A stretch of DNA of 63,903 nucleotides, counting the filler, from Acetivibrio sp. (lineage in GTDB: Bacteria; Bacillota; Clostridia; Acetivibrionales; Acetivibrionaceae): assembly GCF_035371925.1 (NCBI RefSeq). It is 4 parts of 4 records of this genome, joined end to end, with 100 filler letters (N's around TTAATTAATTAA, not from the genome) between each part and the next. Parts side by side here need not be neighbours in the genome. Positions count along the whole stretch, not along the records: positions 20,078 to 40,018 come from NZ_DAORXT010000055.1; positions 40,119 to 59,625 come from NZ_DAORXT010000057.1; 2 more parts are not named here. One strand, 5' to 3'. A model generated the notes under the pieces. The model saw nothing but the letters and a program-made list of their open reading frames with translations, ran no database searches and was not told the DNA's origin. Numbering within the stretch: position 1 is the first letter of the stretch; each line of letters begins with the position of its first letter. The position numbers and the translations under genes are program-made. Below, piece by piece: positions 31,458-41,061 of this stretch.

Positions 31458-33128
31458 ATGACCGAATGTTTGGAGACAAAAAAATCAAATTGTAAAAACT
31501 GCTATAAATGTATAAGACATTGTCCGGTTAAGTCGTTGAAATTTACAGACGGTCAGGCTCATATATTAAGAGATGAATGCGTTTTGTGCGGCGAATGCTA
31601 TGTCGTTTGCCCGCAAAACGCAAAGCAAATACGATCCGATGTGGAAAAGGCAAAGCAATTGGTTTTACAGTATGATGTTTATGCAAGTATTGCCCCTTCT
31701 TTTGTTGCATGGTTTCATAATAAAAGTATATATGATATAGAACAGGCATTAATAAAACTTGGATTTAAAGGGGCAGATGAGACGGCAAAAGGTGCTTATA
31801 TTGTTAAAAAACAATATGAGAAAATGATAGAAGATAAAAAAAGCAGAATTATAATATCTTCGTGTTGCCATACGGTAAACACTCTGATTCAAAGACATTA
31901 TACCGGAGCGATTCCGTATTTGGCAGATGTCCTGTCACCGATGCTGGCTCATGCACAGATGCTGAAAAATGAGCATAAAGGTGCAAAGGTCGTCTTTATC
32001 GGACCATGTATTTCAAAAAAGGACGAAGTGAAAAAGTATCCGGGCTATGTGGAGCTTGCCCTTACCTTCGATGAACTGGATGAATGGTTAAAATCAGAGA
32101 ATGTTGCAATTGAAAGAAAAAGAAGTAACTTAAAAGAGGGAAGGACCAGAAGTTTTCCTATTTCTGGAGGTATTATCAGTAGTATGGATAAAACTTCTGA
32201 ATATCATTACATGATAGTGGACGGTATGGAAAATTGCATAAATGCGCTGGAGAATATAGAAAGTGAAGAACTTGACAACTGCTTTATTGAGATGTCGGCC
32301 TGTAGAGGCAGTTGTATAAACGGTCCGCCTGCAAGACGAAAAAGCAACAATATTGTCGGGGCTATATTAGCTGTAAATAAAAATACCGGAGCAAAGGATT
32401 TTTCGGTTTTTGTGCCTGAGTCTGAAAGCTTAAAAAAAGAAATCCGGTTTGAAGGTGTACACAAGATAATGCCTGGAGGTACTGCAGTCGAGGAGATTTT
32501 AAAGAAAATGGGAAAGACTTCTATAGAACAGGAGTTAAATTGCGGAAGCTGCGGTTATGACACTTGCCGAGATAAAGCAATAGCAGTTTTGAATGGAAAA
32601 GCAGATCTTACAATGTGTCTTCCATACCTCAAAGAAAAGGCAGAGAGCTTTTCCGATGCAATTATTAAGAATACACCCAATGGTGTTATAGTTTTAAATG
32701 AAGATCTTGAGATTCAGCAAATAAACAATGCTGCAAAAGGAATTTTAAACTTAAGCCTGTCTACAGATCTCTTAGGAAGCCCGGTTAGCAGAATACTTGA
32801 TCCCCTTGACTATATTCTTGCGCTAAGAGAGGGCAAAAACTGTTACTACAAAAGGAAGTACTTTGCAGAATATAAAAAATATGTAGATGAAACTATTATT
32901 TACGATAAGGAATATCACGTCATCATAATAATTATGAAGGATGTGACTCAGGAAGAGAAAATTAAGGCACAGAAAAACAAGCAAAGCGAGGCGGCAATTG
33001 AAATAGCGGACAAGGTTGTGGAAAAGCAAATGCGCATAGTTCAGGAGATAGCACTTCTTTTAGGAGAAACTACCGCCGAGACTAAAATTGCTTTGGCCAA
33101 GCTGAAGGAGACTATGGAGGATGAATGA
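31458..33128 (+). CDS. Putative sensory [FeFe]-hydrogenase with PAS domain (HfsB/HydS-like)
   Basis: Two 4Fe-4S motifs, atypical H-cluster motifs SSCCH / GPCISKK / EMSACRGSC, LNCGSCGY, and a C-terminal PAS (NTPNGVIVLN). Confidence 0.85.
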   Translation: MTECLETKKSNCKNCYKCIRHCPVKSLKFTDGQAHILRDECVLCGECYVVCPQNAKQIRSDVEKAKQLVLQYDVYASIAPSFVAWFHNKSIYDIEQALIKLGFKGADETAKGAYIVKKQYEKMIEDKKSRIIISSCCHTVNTLIQRHYTGAIPYLADVLSPMLAHAQMLKNEHKGAKVVFIGPCISKKDEVKKYPGYVELALTFDELDEWLKSENVAIERKRSNLKEGRTRSFPISGGIISSMDKTSEYHYMIVDGMENCINALENIESEELDNCFIEMSACRGSCINGPPARRKSNNIVGAILAVNKNTGAKDFSVFVPESESLKKEIRFEGVHKIMPGGTAVEEILKKMGKTSIEQELNCGSCGYDTCRDKAIAVLNGKADLTMCLPYLKEKAESFSDAIIKNTPNGVIVLNEDLEIQQINNAAKGILNLSLSTDLLGSPVSRILDPLDYILALREGKNCYYKRKYFAEYKKYVDETIIYDKEYHVIIIIMKDVTQEEKIKAQKNKQSEAAIEIADKVVEKQMRIVQEIALLLGETTAETKIALAKLKETMEDE

Positions 33129-34290
33129 TTTATGTGTTGATTTAGGATATAGAAGCCTTAACAAATTTGGGGAGCAACTGTGTGGTGATATGATACAGGT
33201 TGTAAAAGATGACGACGCCACCATTCTGGTTTTGGCCGATGGCTTGGGCAGTGGCGTCAAGGCTAATATTTTATCCACTCTAACTTCAAAAATTATTTCA
33301 ACAATGATTGCAGCACATATGAGCATAGAAGAGTGCGTTGCTACGATTATGTCAACCCTTCCTGTTTGTAAAGTCAGAGGTATTGCCTATTCAACATTTA
33401 CTATAATTAGGATAAGTAGCAACACCTATGCAGAAATAATTCAGTATGACAATCCCTTGGTAATACTCTTACGCGACGGCAAAAAGTATGATTATCCCAC
33501 GCAGACCAAAATAATATCCGGCAAAAAAATTGTAGAATCCAAGATAAGGTTAAATTGTGATGATGTATTTGTTGCAATGAGTGACGGGGCAATTTATGCG
33601 GGAGTTGGCCAGACTTTAAATTATGGCTGGCAAAGGGAGAATATTATTGATTTTATTGAATCCCATTATGACAAAAGTCTTTCTGCCAATGCCATTACAT
33701 CTCTTTTAGTTGATACATGCAGCAATCTGTATGCAAATATGCCCGGAGACGATACGACTATTGCAACAATTAAAATTAGAAAACGGCAAGTAGTAAATCT
33801 GATGTTTGGTCCCCCGCAAAATACCGAGGATGTTTACAACATGATGTCTTTGTTTTTTGCAAAGCAGGGAAGACATATTGTCTGCGGCGGTACCACATCA
33901 ACGCTTGCTGCACAGTTTTTAGGCAAACAGCTTGAGACAACCATTGATTATATTGACCCAAGAGTCCCACCCATTGCCAAGATTGAAGGGGTCGATCTCG
34001 TAACTGAGGGCGTATTGACAATAAGTCTGGTTTTAGAATATGCAAAAGACTATATTGGCAAAAACGCTCTTTATAACGAGTGGCATAACAAAAATGACGG
34101 TGCTTCGATGATAGCAAGAATGCTTTTTGAAGAAGCAACGGATATCAATTTCTATGTTGGAAGGGCTATCAACCCTGCCCACCAAAATCCCAATCTTCCC
34201 ATAGGATTTAACATTAAAATGCAGTTGGTGGAAGAGCTTTCAAAGCTGCTTAAGCTAATGGGCAAAACAATAAATCTTAGCTATTTTTGA
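33121..34290 (+). CDS. SpoIIE/PP2C-type Ser/Thr phosphatase (HfsC-like)
   Basis: Motifs EQLCGD, LADGLGSG, AMSDG and PGDDTT. Confidence 0.85.
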   Translation: MNDLCVDLGYRSLNKFGEQLCGDMIQVVKDDDATILVLADGLGSGVKANILSTLTSKIISTMIAAHMSIEECVATIMSTLPVCKVRGIAYSTFTIIRISSNTYAEIIQYDNPLVILLRDGKKYDYPTQTKIISGKKIVESKIRLNCDDVFVAMSDGAIYAGVGQTLNYGWQRENIIDFIESHYDKSLSANAITSLLVDTCSNLYANMPGDDTTIATIKIRKRQVVNLMFGPPQNTEDVYNMMSLFFAKQGRHIVCGGTTSTLAAQFLGKQLETTIDYIDPRVPPIAKIEGVDLVTEGVLTISLVLEYAKDYIGKNALYNEWHNKNDGASMIARMLFEEATDINFYVGRAINPAHQNPNLPIGFNIKMQLVEELSKLLKLMGKTINLSYF

Positions 34291-34301
34291 GGTGAATAAC
34301 A

Positions 34302-34787
34302 ATGAGTGAAACTTTTGATTACAGTGTGGTTGACGGTATTTTGGCCGAACACGGTATTTCTGAGACTGCGATCATTGCCATACTCCAAAGCATTCAGGAA
34401 GAATATCATTATATCCCGAAAGAAGTTTTTCCGTATCTCTCAGAAAAACTTAAAGTGAGTGAAGCCAGAATATTTAGTGTTGCAACCTTTTATGAAAACT
34501 TTTCTTTGGAGCCAAAGGGTAAATATATAATAAAAGTTTGCGATGGAACGGCATGCCATGTAAGAAAATCAATTCCGATTATAGAACGTCTCAGAAAAGA
34601 ATTGGGTCTTTCCGGTACCAAGCCCACAACGGATGATTTAATGTTTACGGTTGAAACGGTATCTTGTCTTGGAGCATGCGGTCTTGCTCCAGTAATAACG
34701 GTAAACGACAAGGTATATGCCGAAATGACTCCCGATAAAGCCTCAGCGCTCATAAAACAATTGAGGGAGGGAAATGCCGATGATTAG
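34302..34787 (+). CDS. hydC: Bifurcating [FeFe]-hydrogenase NuoE-like subunit
   Basis: Motifs VATFYENF, VCDGTACH and SCLGACGLAP. Confidence 0.88.
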   Translation: MSETFDYSVVDGILAEHGISETAIIAILQSIQEEYHYIPKEVFPYLSEKLKVSEARIFSVATFYENFSLEPKGKYIIKVCDGTACHVRKSIPIIERLRKELGLSGTKPTTDDLMFTVETVSCLGACGLAPVITVNDKVYAEMTPDKASALIKQLREGNADD

Positions 34788-36654
34788 TAGTAGGGAAGAA
34801 TTGCAAAAAGCCAGAGAGAAGTACTTAAGATATCTTAAGGCAGAAAAAAAGAGAATACTTGTTTGTGCAGGTACAGGCTGTGTATCCGGAGGTTCCCTTG
34901 AGATTTTTGAGCGGCTTTCGGAGTTGATTTCAAAGAGGGGAATGGATTGCCAAGTTGAATTGCAAGAAGAGCCCCATGAGAATACTATAGGGATGAAGAA
35001 AAGCGGCTGTCATGGCTTTTGCGAAATGGGGCCCCTTGTTAGAATCGAGCCTGAAGGCTATTTATATACAAAGGTGAAGCCCGAAGATTGTGAAGAGATT
35101 GTGGATAAAACGATAGTGGCGGGGGAACATATTGAGAGACTGGCCTATAAACAAAACGGAATTGTATACAAAAAACAGGATGAAATTCCCTTTTACAAGA
35201 GGCAGACCCGTCTCGTATTGGAGCATTGCGGTCAAATCGATTCCACATCTATAACCGAGTACATTGCAACTGGCGGATATTGTGCTTTGGAAAAGGCGTT
35301 GTTTGATATGAACAGCGATGATATTATAAATGAAATTTCAGAAGCCAATCTTCGCGGACGCGGTGGAGGGGGATTTCCGGCAGGACGTAAATGGGCACAA
35401 GTAAAAAGGCAGAATGCAAAGCAAAAGTATGTTGTGTGTAATGGAGATGAAGGAGACCCGGGAGCATTTATGGACAGAAGCATTATGGAGGGGGACCCAC
35501 ACAGAATGCTTGAAGGAATGATAATTGCCGGTATTGCCTGTGGAGCCTCGGAGGGCTATATTTATGTACGTGCTGAATATCCCTTGGCGGTATCGAGGCT
35601 AAAAAGAGCTATTGAGCAGGCAAAAGAGTATGGATTGCTTGGTGAAAACATACTAGGAAGCGGTTTTAGCTTCAATATTCATATTAACCGTGGCGCCGGT
35701 GCTTTTGTTTGCGGTGAGGGAAGCGCACTTACGGCGTCGATTGAAGGAAAACGAGGCATGCCCAGGGTAAAACCGCCAAGAACTGTGGAGCAAGGCTTGT
35801 TTGATATGCCAACGGTTTTAAACAATGTTGAGACCTTTGCCAATGTTCCCCTTATAATCAAAAACGGAGCTTGTTGGTATAAATCCATCGGAACGGAAAA
35901 AAGTCCCGGAACAAAAGCCTTTGCTCTTACAGGTAACATAGAAAATACCGGTCTTATTGAGATTCCCATGGGAACAACCTTGAGAGAAGTTATATTTGAC
36001 ATCGGCGGAGGCATGAGGGGAGGAACGGATTTTAAAGCTGTGCAAATTGGCGGTCCTTCAGGCGGATGCTTATCGGAAAAGGATTTGGATCTTCCCTTGG
36101 ATTTTGATTCACTAAAAAAAGCCGGTGCAATGATTGGTTCCGGTGGGCTGGTTGTAATGGACAACAATACCTGTATGGTTGAAGTTGCACGTTTCTTTAT
36201 GAATTTTACTCAGAACGAGTCCTGTGGAAAATGTGTACCCTGCCGCGAAGGTACAAAAAGAATGCTGGAGGTCCTGGAAAGAATTGTTGAAGGAAACGGC
36301 CAAGACGGTGACATAGAGCTTCTTTTGGAGTTGGCGGACACAATTTCGGCAACGGCACTTTGCGGGCTTGGAAAAGCTGCGGCGTTTCCGGTTGTAAGCA
36401 CAATTAAGAACTTTAGGGAAGAATATGAAGCCCATATTTATGATAAGAAATGTCCTACGGGCAATTGCCAGAAGCTAAAAACCATTACAATTGATGCTTC
36501 TTTGTGCAAAGGTTGTTCAAAATGCGCAAGGAGCTGTCCTGTGGGTGCTATAACGGGAAAGGTAAAAGAACCTTTTGTTATAGATCAGAGCAAATGTATT
36601 AAGTGCGGTGCATGTATTGAAACTTGTGCATTCCACGCAATATTGGAGGGCTGA
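34774..36654 (+). CDS. hydB: Bifurcating [FeFe]-hydrogenase NuoF-like subunit
   Basis: Motifs LRGRGGGGF, CNGDEGDPG, GAGAFVCGE and ESCGKCVPCREG, plus C-terminal 2x[4Fe-4S]. Confidence 0.9.
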   Translation: MPMISSREELQKAREKYLRYLKAEKKRILVCAGTGCVSGGSLEIFERLSELISKRGMDCQVELQEEPHENTIGMKKSGCHGFCEMGPLVRIEPEGYLYTKVKPEDCEEIVDKTIVAGEHIERLAYKQNGIVYKKQDEIPFYKRQTRLVLEHCGQIDSTSITEYIATGGYCALEKALFDMNSDDIINEISEANLRGRGGGGFPAGRKWAQVKRQNAKQKYVVCNGDEGDPGAFMDRSIMEGDPHRMLEGMIIAGIACGASEGYIYVRAEYPLAVSRLKRAIEQAKEYGLLGENILGSGFSFNIHINRGAGAFVCGEGSALTASIEGKRGMPRVKPPRTVEQGLFDMPTVLNNVETFANVPLIIKNGACWYKSIGTEKSPGTKAFALTGNIENTGLIEIPMGTTLREVIFDIGGGMRGGTDFKAVQIGGPSGGCLSEKDLDLPLDFDSLKKAGAMIGSGGLVVMDNNTCMVEVARFFMNFTQNESCGKCVPCREGTKRMLEVLERIVEGNGQDGDIELLLELADTISATALCGLGKAAAFPVVSTIKNFREEYEAHIYDKKCPTGNCQKLKTITIDASLCKGCSKCARSCPVGAITGKVKEPFVIDQSKCIKCGACIETCAFHAILEG

Positions 36655-36658
36655 AGAG

Positions 36659-38359
36659 ATGGATAATAGAGAATATATAATGATAGACGGGATTCCTGTT
36701 GAGATAAACGGGGAAAAAAATCTTCTTGAGCTTATTCGAAAAGCAGGTATAAAGCTTCCTACCTTTTGCTATCATTCAGAATTGTCGATTTACGGTGCCT
36801 GCCGTATGTGTATGGTTGAAAACGAATGGGGCGGATTGGACGCTGCATGTTCCACCCCTCCGAAAGCCGGTATGAGTATAAAAACAAACACTGAAAGACT
36901 TCAAAAATACCGTAAAATGATTTTGGAGCTTTTGCTTGCCAATCACTGCCGTGATTGTACAACCTGCAATAACAACGGAAAGTGCAAATTGCAGGACCTT
37001 GCAATGAGGTACAATATAAGCCGTATTCGTTTTCCCAATACTTCACCGGAGCCGGATGTGGACGATTCTTCGCTTTGCATAACGAAAGACAAAAGCAAAT
37101 GCATTCTTTGCGGGGACTGTGTTCGTGTATGCAGTGAAGTTCAAAATGTTGGAGCTATTGATTTTGCGTACAGAGGTTCTAAAATGACAATAAGCACGGT
37201 ATTTGACAAACCCATTGCCCAGTCAAATTGTGTGGGTTGCGGACAATGTGCGTTGGCATGTCCCACCGGTGCAATTGTTGTAAAAGATGATACACGGAAA
37301 GTATGGAAAGAAATCTATGATAAAAACACCCGAGTGTCGGTGCAGATAGCTCCTGCCGTCCGCGTGGCTTTGGGGAAGGAGCTGGGCTTAAACGACGGGG
37401 AAAATGCCATAGGCAAAATTGTGGCAGCATTGCGGCGCATGGGATTTGACGATATTTTTGACACATCAACCGGAGCTGATTTGACGGTTTTGGAAGAATC
37501 GGCGGAATTGCTAAAACGTATTAAAGAGGGAAAAAATGATATGCCCCTTTTTACTTCATGCTGTCCTGCGTGGGTAAACTACTGCGAGAAATTCCATCCT
37601 GAGCTTTTGCCCCACGTTTCCACGTGCCGTTCACCCATGCAGATGTTCGCCTCTATAATAAAAGAGGAATATTCAACTTCCAGTAAGCGGTTGGTGCATG
37701 TTGCAGTTATGCCTTGTACAGCAAAGAAATTTGAAGCAGCCCGCGAAGAGTTTAAAGTTAATGGCGTTCCAAATGTCGATTATGTACTTACAACCCAGGA
37801 GCTTATTCAAATGATCAAAGAATCGGGAATAGTATTCTCAGAGCTTGAGCCTGAGGCAATCGATATGCCCTTTGGAACATATACCGGAGCTGGCGTAATT
37901 TTTGGTGTTACTGGTGGAGTTACTGAAGCGGTTTTAAGAAGAGTGGTTTCCGACAAATCTCCAACTTCCTTTAGGTCACTGGCCTACACTGGTGTTCGGG
38001 GAATGAAGGGAGTAAAAGAAGCTTCGGTGATGTACGGCGACAGAAAACTTAGAATTGCAGTGGTTAGCGGACTTAAAAATGCCAGTGATTTGATTGAAAG
38101 AATCAAAGCCGGTGAGCACTATGACCTTGTTGAAGTTATGGCATGTCCGGGAGGCTGTATAAACGGAGGAGGACAGCCATTTGTTCAGAGCGAGGAAAGA
38201 GAAAAGCGGGGCAAGGGATTGTATAGTGCCGACAAACTATGCAATATCAAGTCCTCTGAGGAAAATCCACTTATGATGACACTTTATAAAGGCATTTTAA
38301 AGGGCAGGGTTCATGAACTTCTTCATGTTGATTATGCTTCAACAAAGGAGGCAAAATAA
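36659..38359 (+). CDS. hydA: [FeFe]-hydrogenase catalytic subunit (trimeric bifurcating type)
   Basis: H-cluster motifs FTSCCPAW, MPCTAKKFE and EVMACPGGCINGGGQP, with N-terminal Fe-S domains. Confidence 0.93.
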   Translation: MDNREYIMIDGIPVEINGEKNLLELIRKAGIKLPTFCYHSELSIYGACRMCMVENEWGGLDAACSTPPKAGMSIKTNTERLQKYRKMILELLLANHCRDCTTCNNNGKCKLQDLAMRYNISRIRFPNTSPEPDVDDSSLCITKDKSKCILCGDCVRVCSEVQNVGAIDFAYRGSKMTISTVFDKPIAQSNCVGCGQCALACPTGAIVVKDDTRKVWKEIYDKNTRVSVQIAPAVRVALGKELGLNDGENAIGKIVAALRRMGFDDIFDTSTGADLTVLEESAELLKRIKEGKNDMPLFTSCCPAWVNYCEKFHPELLPHVSTCRSPMQMFASIIKEEYSTSSKRLVHVAVMPCTAKKFEAAREEFKVNGVPNVDYVLTTQELIQMIKESGIVFSELEPEAIDMPFGTYTGAGVIFGVTGGVTEAVLRRVVSDKSPTSFRSLAYTGVRGMKGVKEASVMYGDRKLRIAVVSGLKNASDLIERIKAGEHYDLVEVMACPGGCINGGGQPFVQSEEREKRGKGLYSADKLCNIKSSEENPLMMTLYKGILKGRVHELLHVDYASTKEAK

Positions 38360-38360
38360 T

Positions 38361-38606
38361 ATGCTGGAAATAAAAATTTGTGTCGGAAGTTCATGCCACT
38401 TGAAGGGTTCTTATAATATTATTAATGAATTTCAGCATCTTATTGAAGAAAAAGCTTTGCATGACAGAATTGATATTAAAGCAACCTTTTGTATGAAGCA
38501 GTGCCAGAAGACCGGAGTTGCCATAGAGGTTAATAATGAGATTTTTGGCGTTTTGCCTGAGGCGGCGGAGGAATTTTTCAACAATGTAATTTTGCCCAAA
38601 GTGTAG
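38361..38606 (+). CDS. Second thioredoxin-like [2Fe-2S] ferredoxin
   Basis: Motifs ICVGSSCHLKG and TFCMKQC. Paralog of 31153-31398. Confidence 0.8.
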   Translation: MLEIKICVGSSCHLKGSYNIINEFQHLIEEKALHDRIDIKATFCMKQCQKTGVAIEVNNEIFGVLPEAAEEFFNNVILPKV

Positions 38607-38643
38607 CTAATTGAGAAAAACTTTTGCATATCTTAAGTAAGTA

Positions 38644-38679
38644 AACTAAAAGGGAGGCTTTTGGCTTCCCTTTTAGTTT
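38644..38679. terminator. Bidirectional terminator after the hydrogenase cluster
   Basis: AAACTAAAAGGGAGGC...GCTTCCCTTTTAGTTT. Confidence 0.8.
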
Positions 38680-38691
38680 GGAAAATAGCAA

Positions 38692-39489
38692 TTAATATTG
38701 CTCCCTAGAGATAATTTCGCCGGGACCATAATCAAAGAATACAATTTTCCACTCGTTATTTTTCTTTTGCAGATTTGCTGTTATCTCAGTTTTTTGAACT
38801 AACTTTGCTTTAGCGGTTGTAATGGTTTGAATTTCATAATATTTAAATGCTACGTTGTTTGAGTCTGTTACGGTCAAACTTACCGGTTGAATTTCTGCTT
38901 TAACTGTATAAGGAGAATCTGTAAAATAGGGATACTTTAGTGATTCGAGGTCTGATTCGGTTAGTAAATCTGCGAAGTAGAAGCAATTTATATATGTATC
39001 AAAGTCCTTTGTATTTCGAGCATTATAGAAAGTAGTTACGATATCCTGCGGAAAGCTTATAGGAGAACTTTCGGAGTAATCGAGGGAAAGTATTTTCCAT
39101 TCAGAGTTTGCCTTTACAATAATAGCTGTAACTTCATAGGTAGAGATGGCAAATCTATTGTTGTTAAACCTTATTTTTGATATTTCTTTATATGTAAATT
39201 CGGCAATCAGCTTTCCGTAAGTATGCTCTAAAGGTTCAATTATGTATTCGATTCTTTCGCTATGAAAGCCCTGCATAAGAGATTCAATATCCTCTTTAGT
39301 TAACATATCGGCGTAATAGAAGCTACTGATAAACTGATCAAAATTATTTGTGTTTCGTGCATCGTACATGCTGTAAACAACACTTTCAGGAAGATTTGCA
39401 TCTTGGGCAAAAACAGGAGTTACAGTTATTGATGAGCACAGAAAAATAAAAAGAATCAATAAAGATGCTGTGACTTTTTTTGCTTTCAT
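38692..39489 (-). CDS. Secreted hypothetical protein with two internally repeated NTF2-like domains
   Basis: Signal peptide MKAKK...VFA. Duplicated YDARNTNNFDQFISSFYYAD / YNARNTKDFDTYINCFYFAD and EWKI motifs. Confidence 0.65.
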   Translation of the reverse strand: MKAKKVTASLLILFIFLCSSITVTPVFAQDANLPESVVYSMYDARNTNNFDQFISSFYYADMLTKEDIESLMQGFHSERIEYIIEPLEHTYGKLIAEFTYKEISKIRFNNNRFAISTYEVTAIIVKANSEWKILSLDYSESSPISFPQDIVTTFYNARNTKDFDTYINCFYFADLLTESDLESLKYPYFTDSPYTVKAEIQPVSLTVTDSNNVAFKYYEIQTITTAKAKLVQKTEITANLQKKNNEWKIVFFDYGPGEIISREQY

Positions 39490-40018
39490 AATCTTATATC
39501 TCCTTTCAATACAAAAGTTTATAATATTTGCTATTAATTCTACACTATGGTTCCATTATTTTCAATAACGGATTTTGATTTCTAATCTGAAGTTTCTATA
39601 TTTCTATGCTTCAAGATAAACAAATCAATTGTAAAGAGAATTAAAATATAGTAATATAAATATAGAAGAATATAGAAGGGAAAAGTATGATTTTAGTTGA
39701 TAGTGATACTTATATTTGCAACAATTGATGTAAAACCATTTCTACCAAAGTACAAGCAAGTGTTATGAGATAAGCATATATTATTCAAATTTAAATTAGG
39801 GTTATGAGCAATTCGTTCTTCTTTTCGTGCCAAATCTTTTCCTATATGTAATAAGTCCTATTTCGTTGAAACGTTACGAAATATATAATAGATATTGGTT
39901 GACTTGCCGTTTAATAAGAAATTAATTTGCTATTTTTGCAATTAAAATATTAAAAAGCAAATGGGAGCATTCCTGTAATGAAACAAAATGATCTTTGAAA
40001 AAGAAGATGCCAGGCTGT

Positions 40019-40118
40019 NNNNNNNNNNNNNNNNNNNNNNNNNNNNNNNNNNNNNNNNNNNNTTAATTAATTAANNNNNNNNNNNNNNNNNNNNNNNNNN
40101 NNNNNNNNNNNNNNNNNN
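40019..40118. other. Artificial contig linker
   Basis: 100-bp N-run containing TTAATTAATTAA. Confidence 0.97.
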
Positions 40119-40420
40119 GTTTTTTATCGTACCTATGAGGAATTGAAACGGCTTCCCATCGTCAAGAAGCTCTAAATCAATAGTGGTTTTTATCGTACCT
40201 ATGAGGAATTGAAACATAGTTGCAGATTTTCCGACGCCCGGAGCACCGAGTGTTTTTATCGTACCTATAAGGATTTGAAACAGAGCATTTAAGGTATCCT
40301 CAAAACGTTTAATAGGATTTTTATCGTACCTATGAGGAAGTGATCGTACCTACCAAGAACTGAATCTAAAGAGCCCGAATCAACTTAGCTGTTTTATTGT
40401 TCCTATAACAACCTAAATCC
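40119..40420 (+). CRISPR. Trailer end of a CRISPR array; repeat GTTTTTATCGTACCTATGAGGAATTGAAAC
   Basis: Repeats at 40119-40149, 40186-40215, 40252-40281 (2 mismatches) and from 40317 (degenerate), with relics at ~40343-40366 and ~40391-40419. Spacers are 36, 36 and 35 bp. The ATTGAAAC 3' end suggests type I-B/III. No cas genes in the window. Confidence 0.92.
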
Positions 40421-40620
40421 CATTGCCATAGTATAATCAATGTCAAAGTCACATAACATATCGTTACTGAATATCATATATCAAAAGTCAAAATCAGCAA
40501 CCATAAACGAGTTATATTGACACTAAAAATTTACCTCTAGAAAATCTATTGACTTTTTGATACTCTAGTGTTATCTTCACATTAGTTTATAAAACATCAT
40601 TAGAAGGAAGGTGCTGCAAC

Positions 40621-40971
40621 ATTTACGCTCTTTTTATTGTATTAAATGAAGTCGATTATTTGGATGATATTTTGGCTAAATTTGTTGATGTTGGAGTAAG
40701 TGGTGCAACGATTTTGCATAGCCAGGGAATGGCAAGTGCCATTGTTAACAGCGATAATAATAAAATCTCACTCTTTAGTGCGTTAAAAAGCATCATTGAA
40801 AATATTCATCCATATAACAAAACCATCTTTACTGTTTTGGAAAATGAAGAATTAGTCGAAAAAGCTGTGTCTGCTGTTCAAAGTGTAATAGGAAAAGTAT
40901 CCAGTCCGGGAATAGGATTTATGTTTACCGTTCCCATTGGAAAAATATATCCTATGGGTTTATCAGAATAA
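40621..40971 (+). CDS. PII-like signalling protein
   Basis: ALFIVLNEVDYLDDIL...GVSGATILHSQGM...KTIFTVL...GIGFMFTVP. The frame extends upstream to an ATT at 40621 with an RBS. Confidence 0.7.
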   Translation: MYALFIVLNEVDYLDDILAKFVDVGVSGATILHSQGMASAIVNSDNNKISLFSALKSIIENIHPYNKTIFTVLENEELVEKAVSAVQSVIGKVSSPGIGFMFTVPIGKIYPMGLSE

Positions 40972-41061
40972 ACTGTAATGGCCGACAATTCCAGTTTTCA
41001 GCTTGTCCCGCATTTGTTGCCTTTATAGTTATGATAGACAAGAAGTATTATCAATCAAATA

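Noticed and set aside
39687..39725. PIN-toxin-like start MILVDSD with an RBS
   Set aside because: It stops after 13 codons and no downstream homology is recognisable, so it cannot be supported as a gene relic.
40150..40316. All three spacers being antisense to coding frames as proof of type III targeting
   Set aside because: 36-bp segments are often open on both strands (spacer 1 is); only spacer 2 has a recognisable motif.
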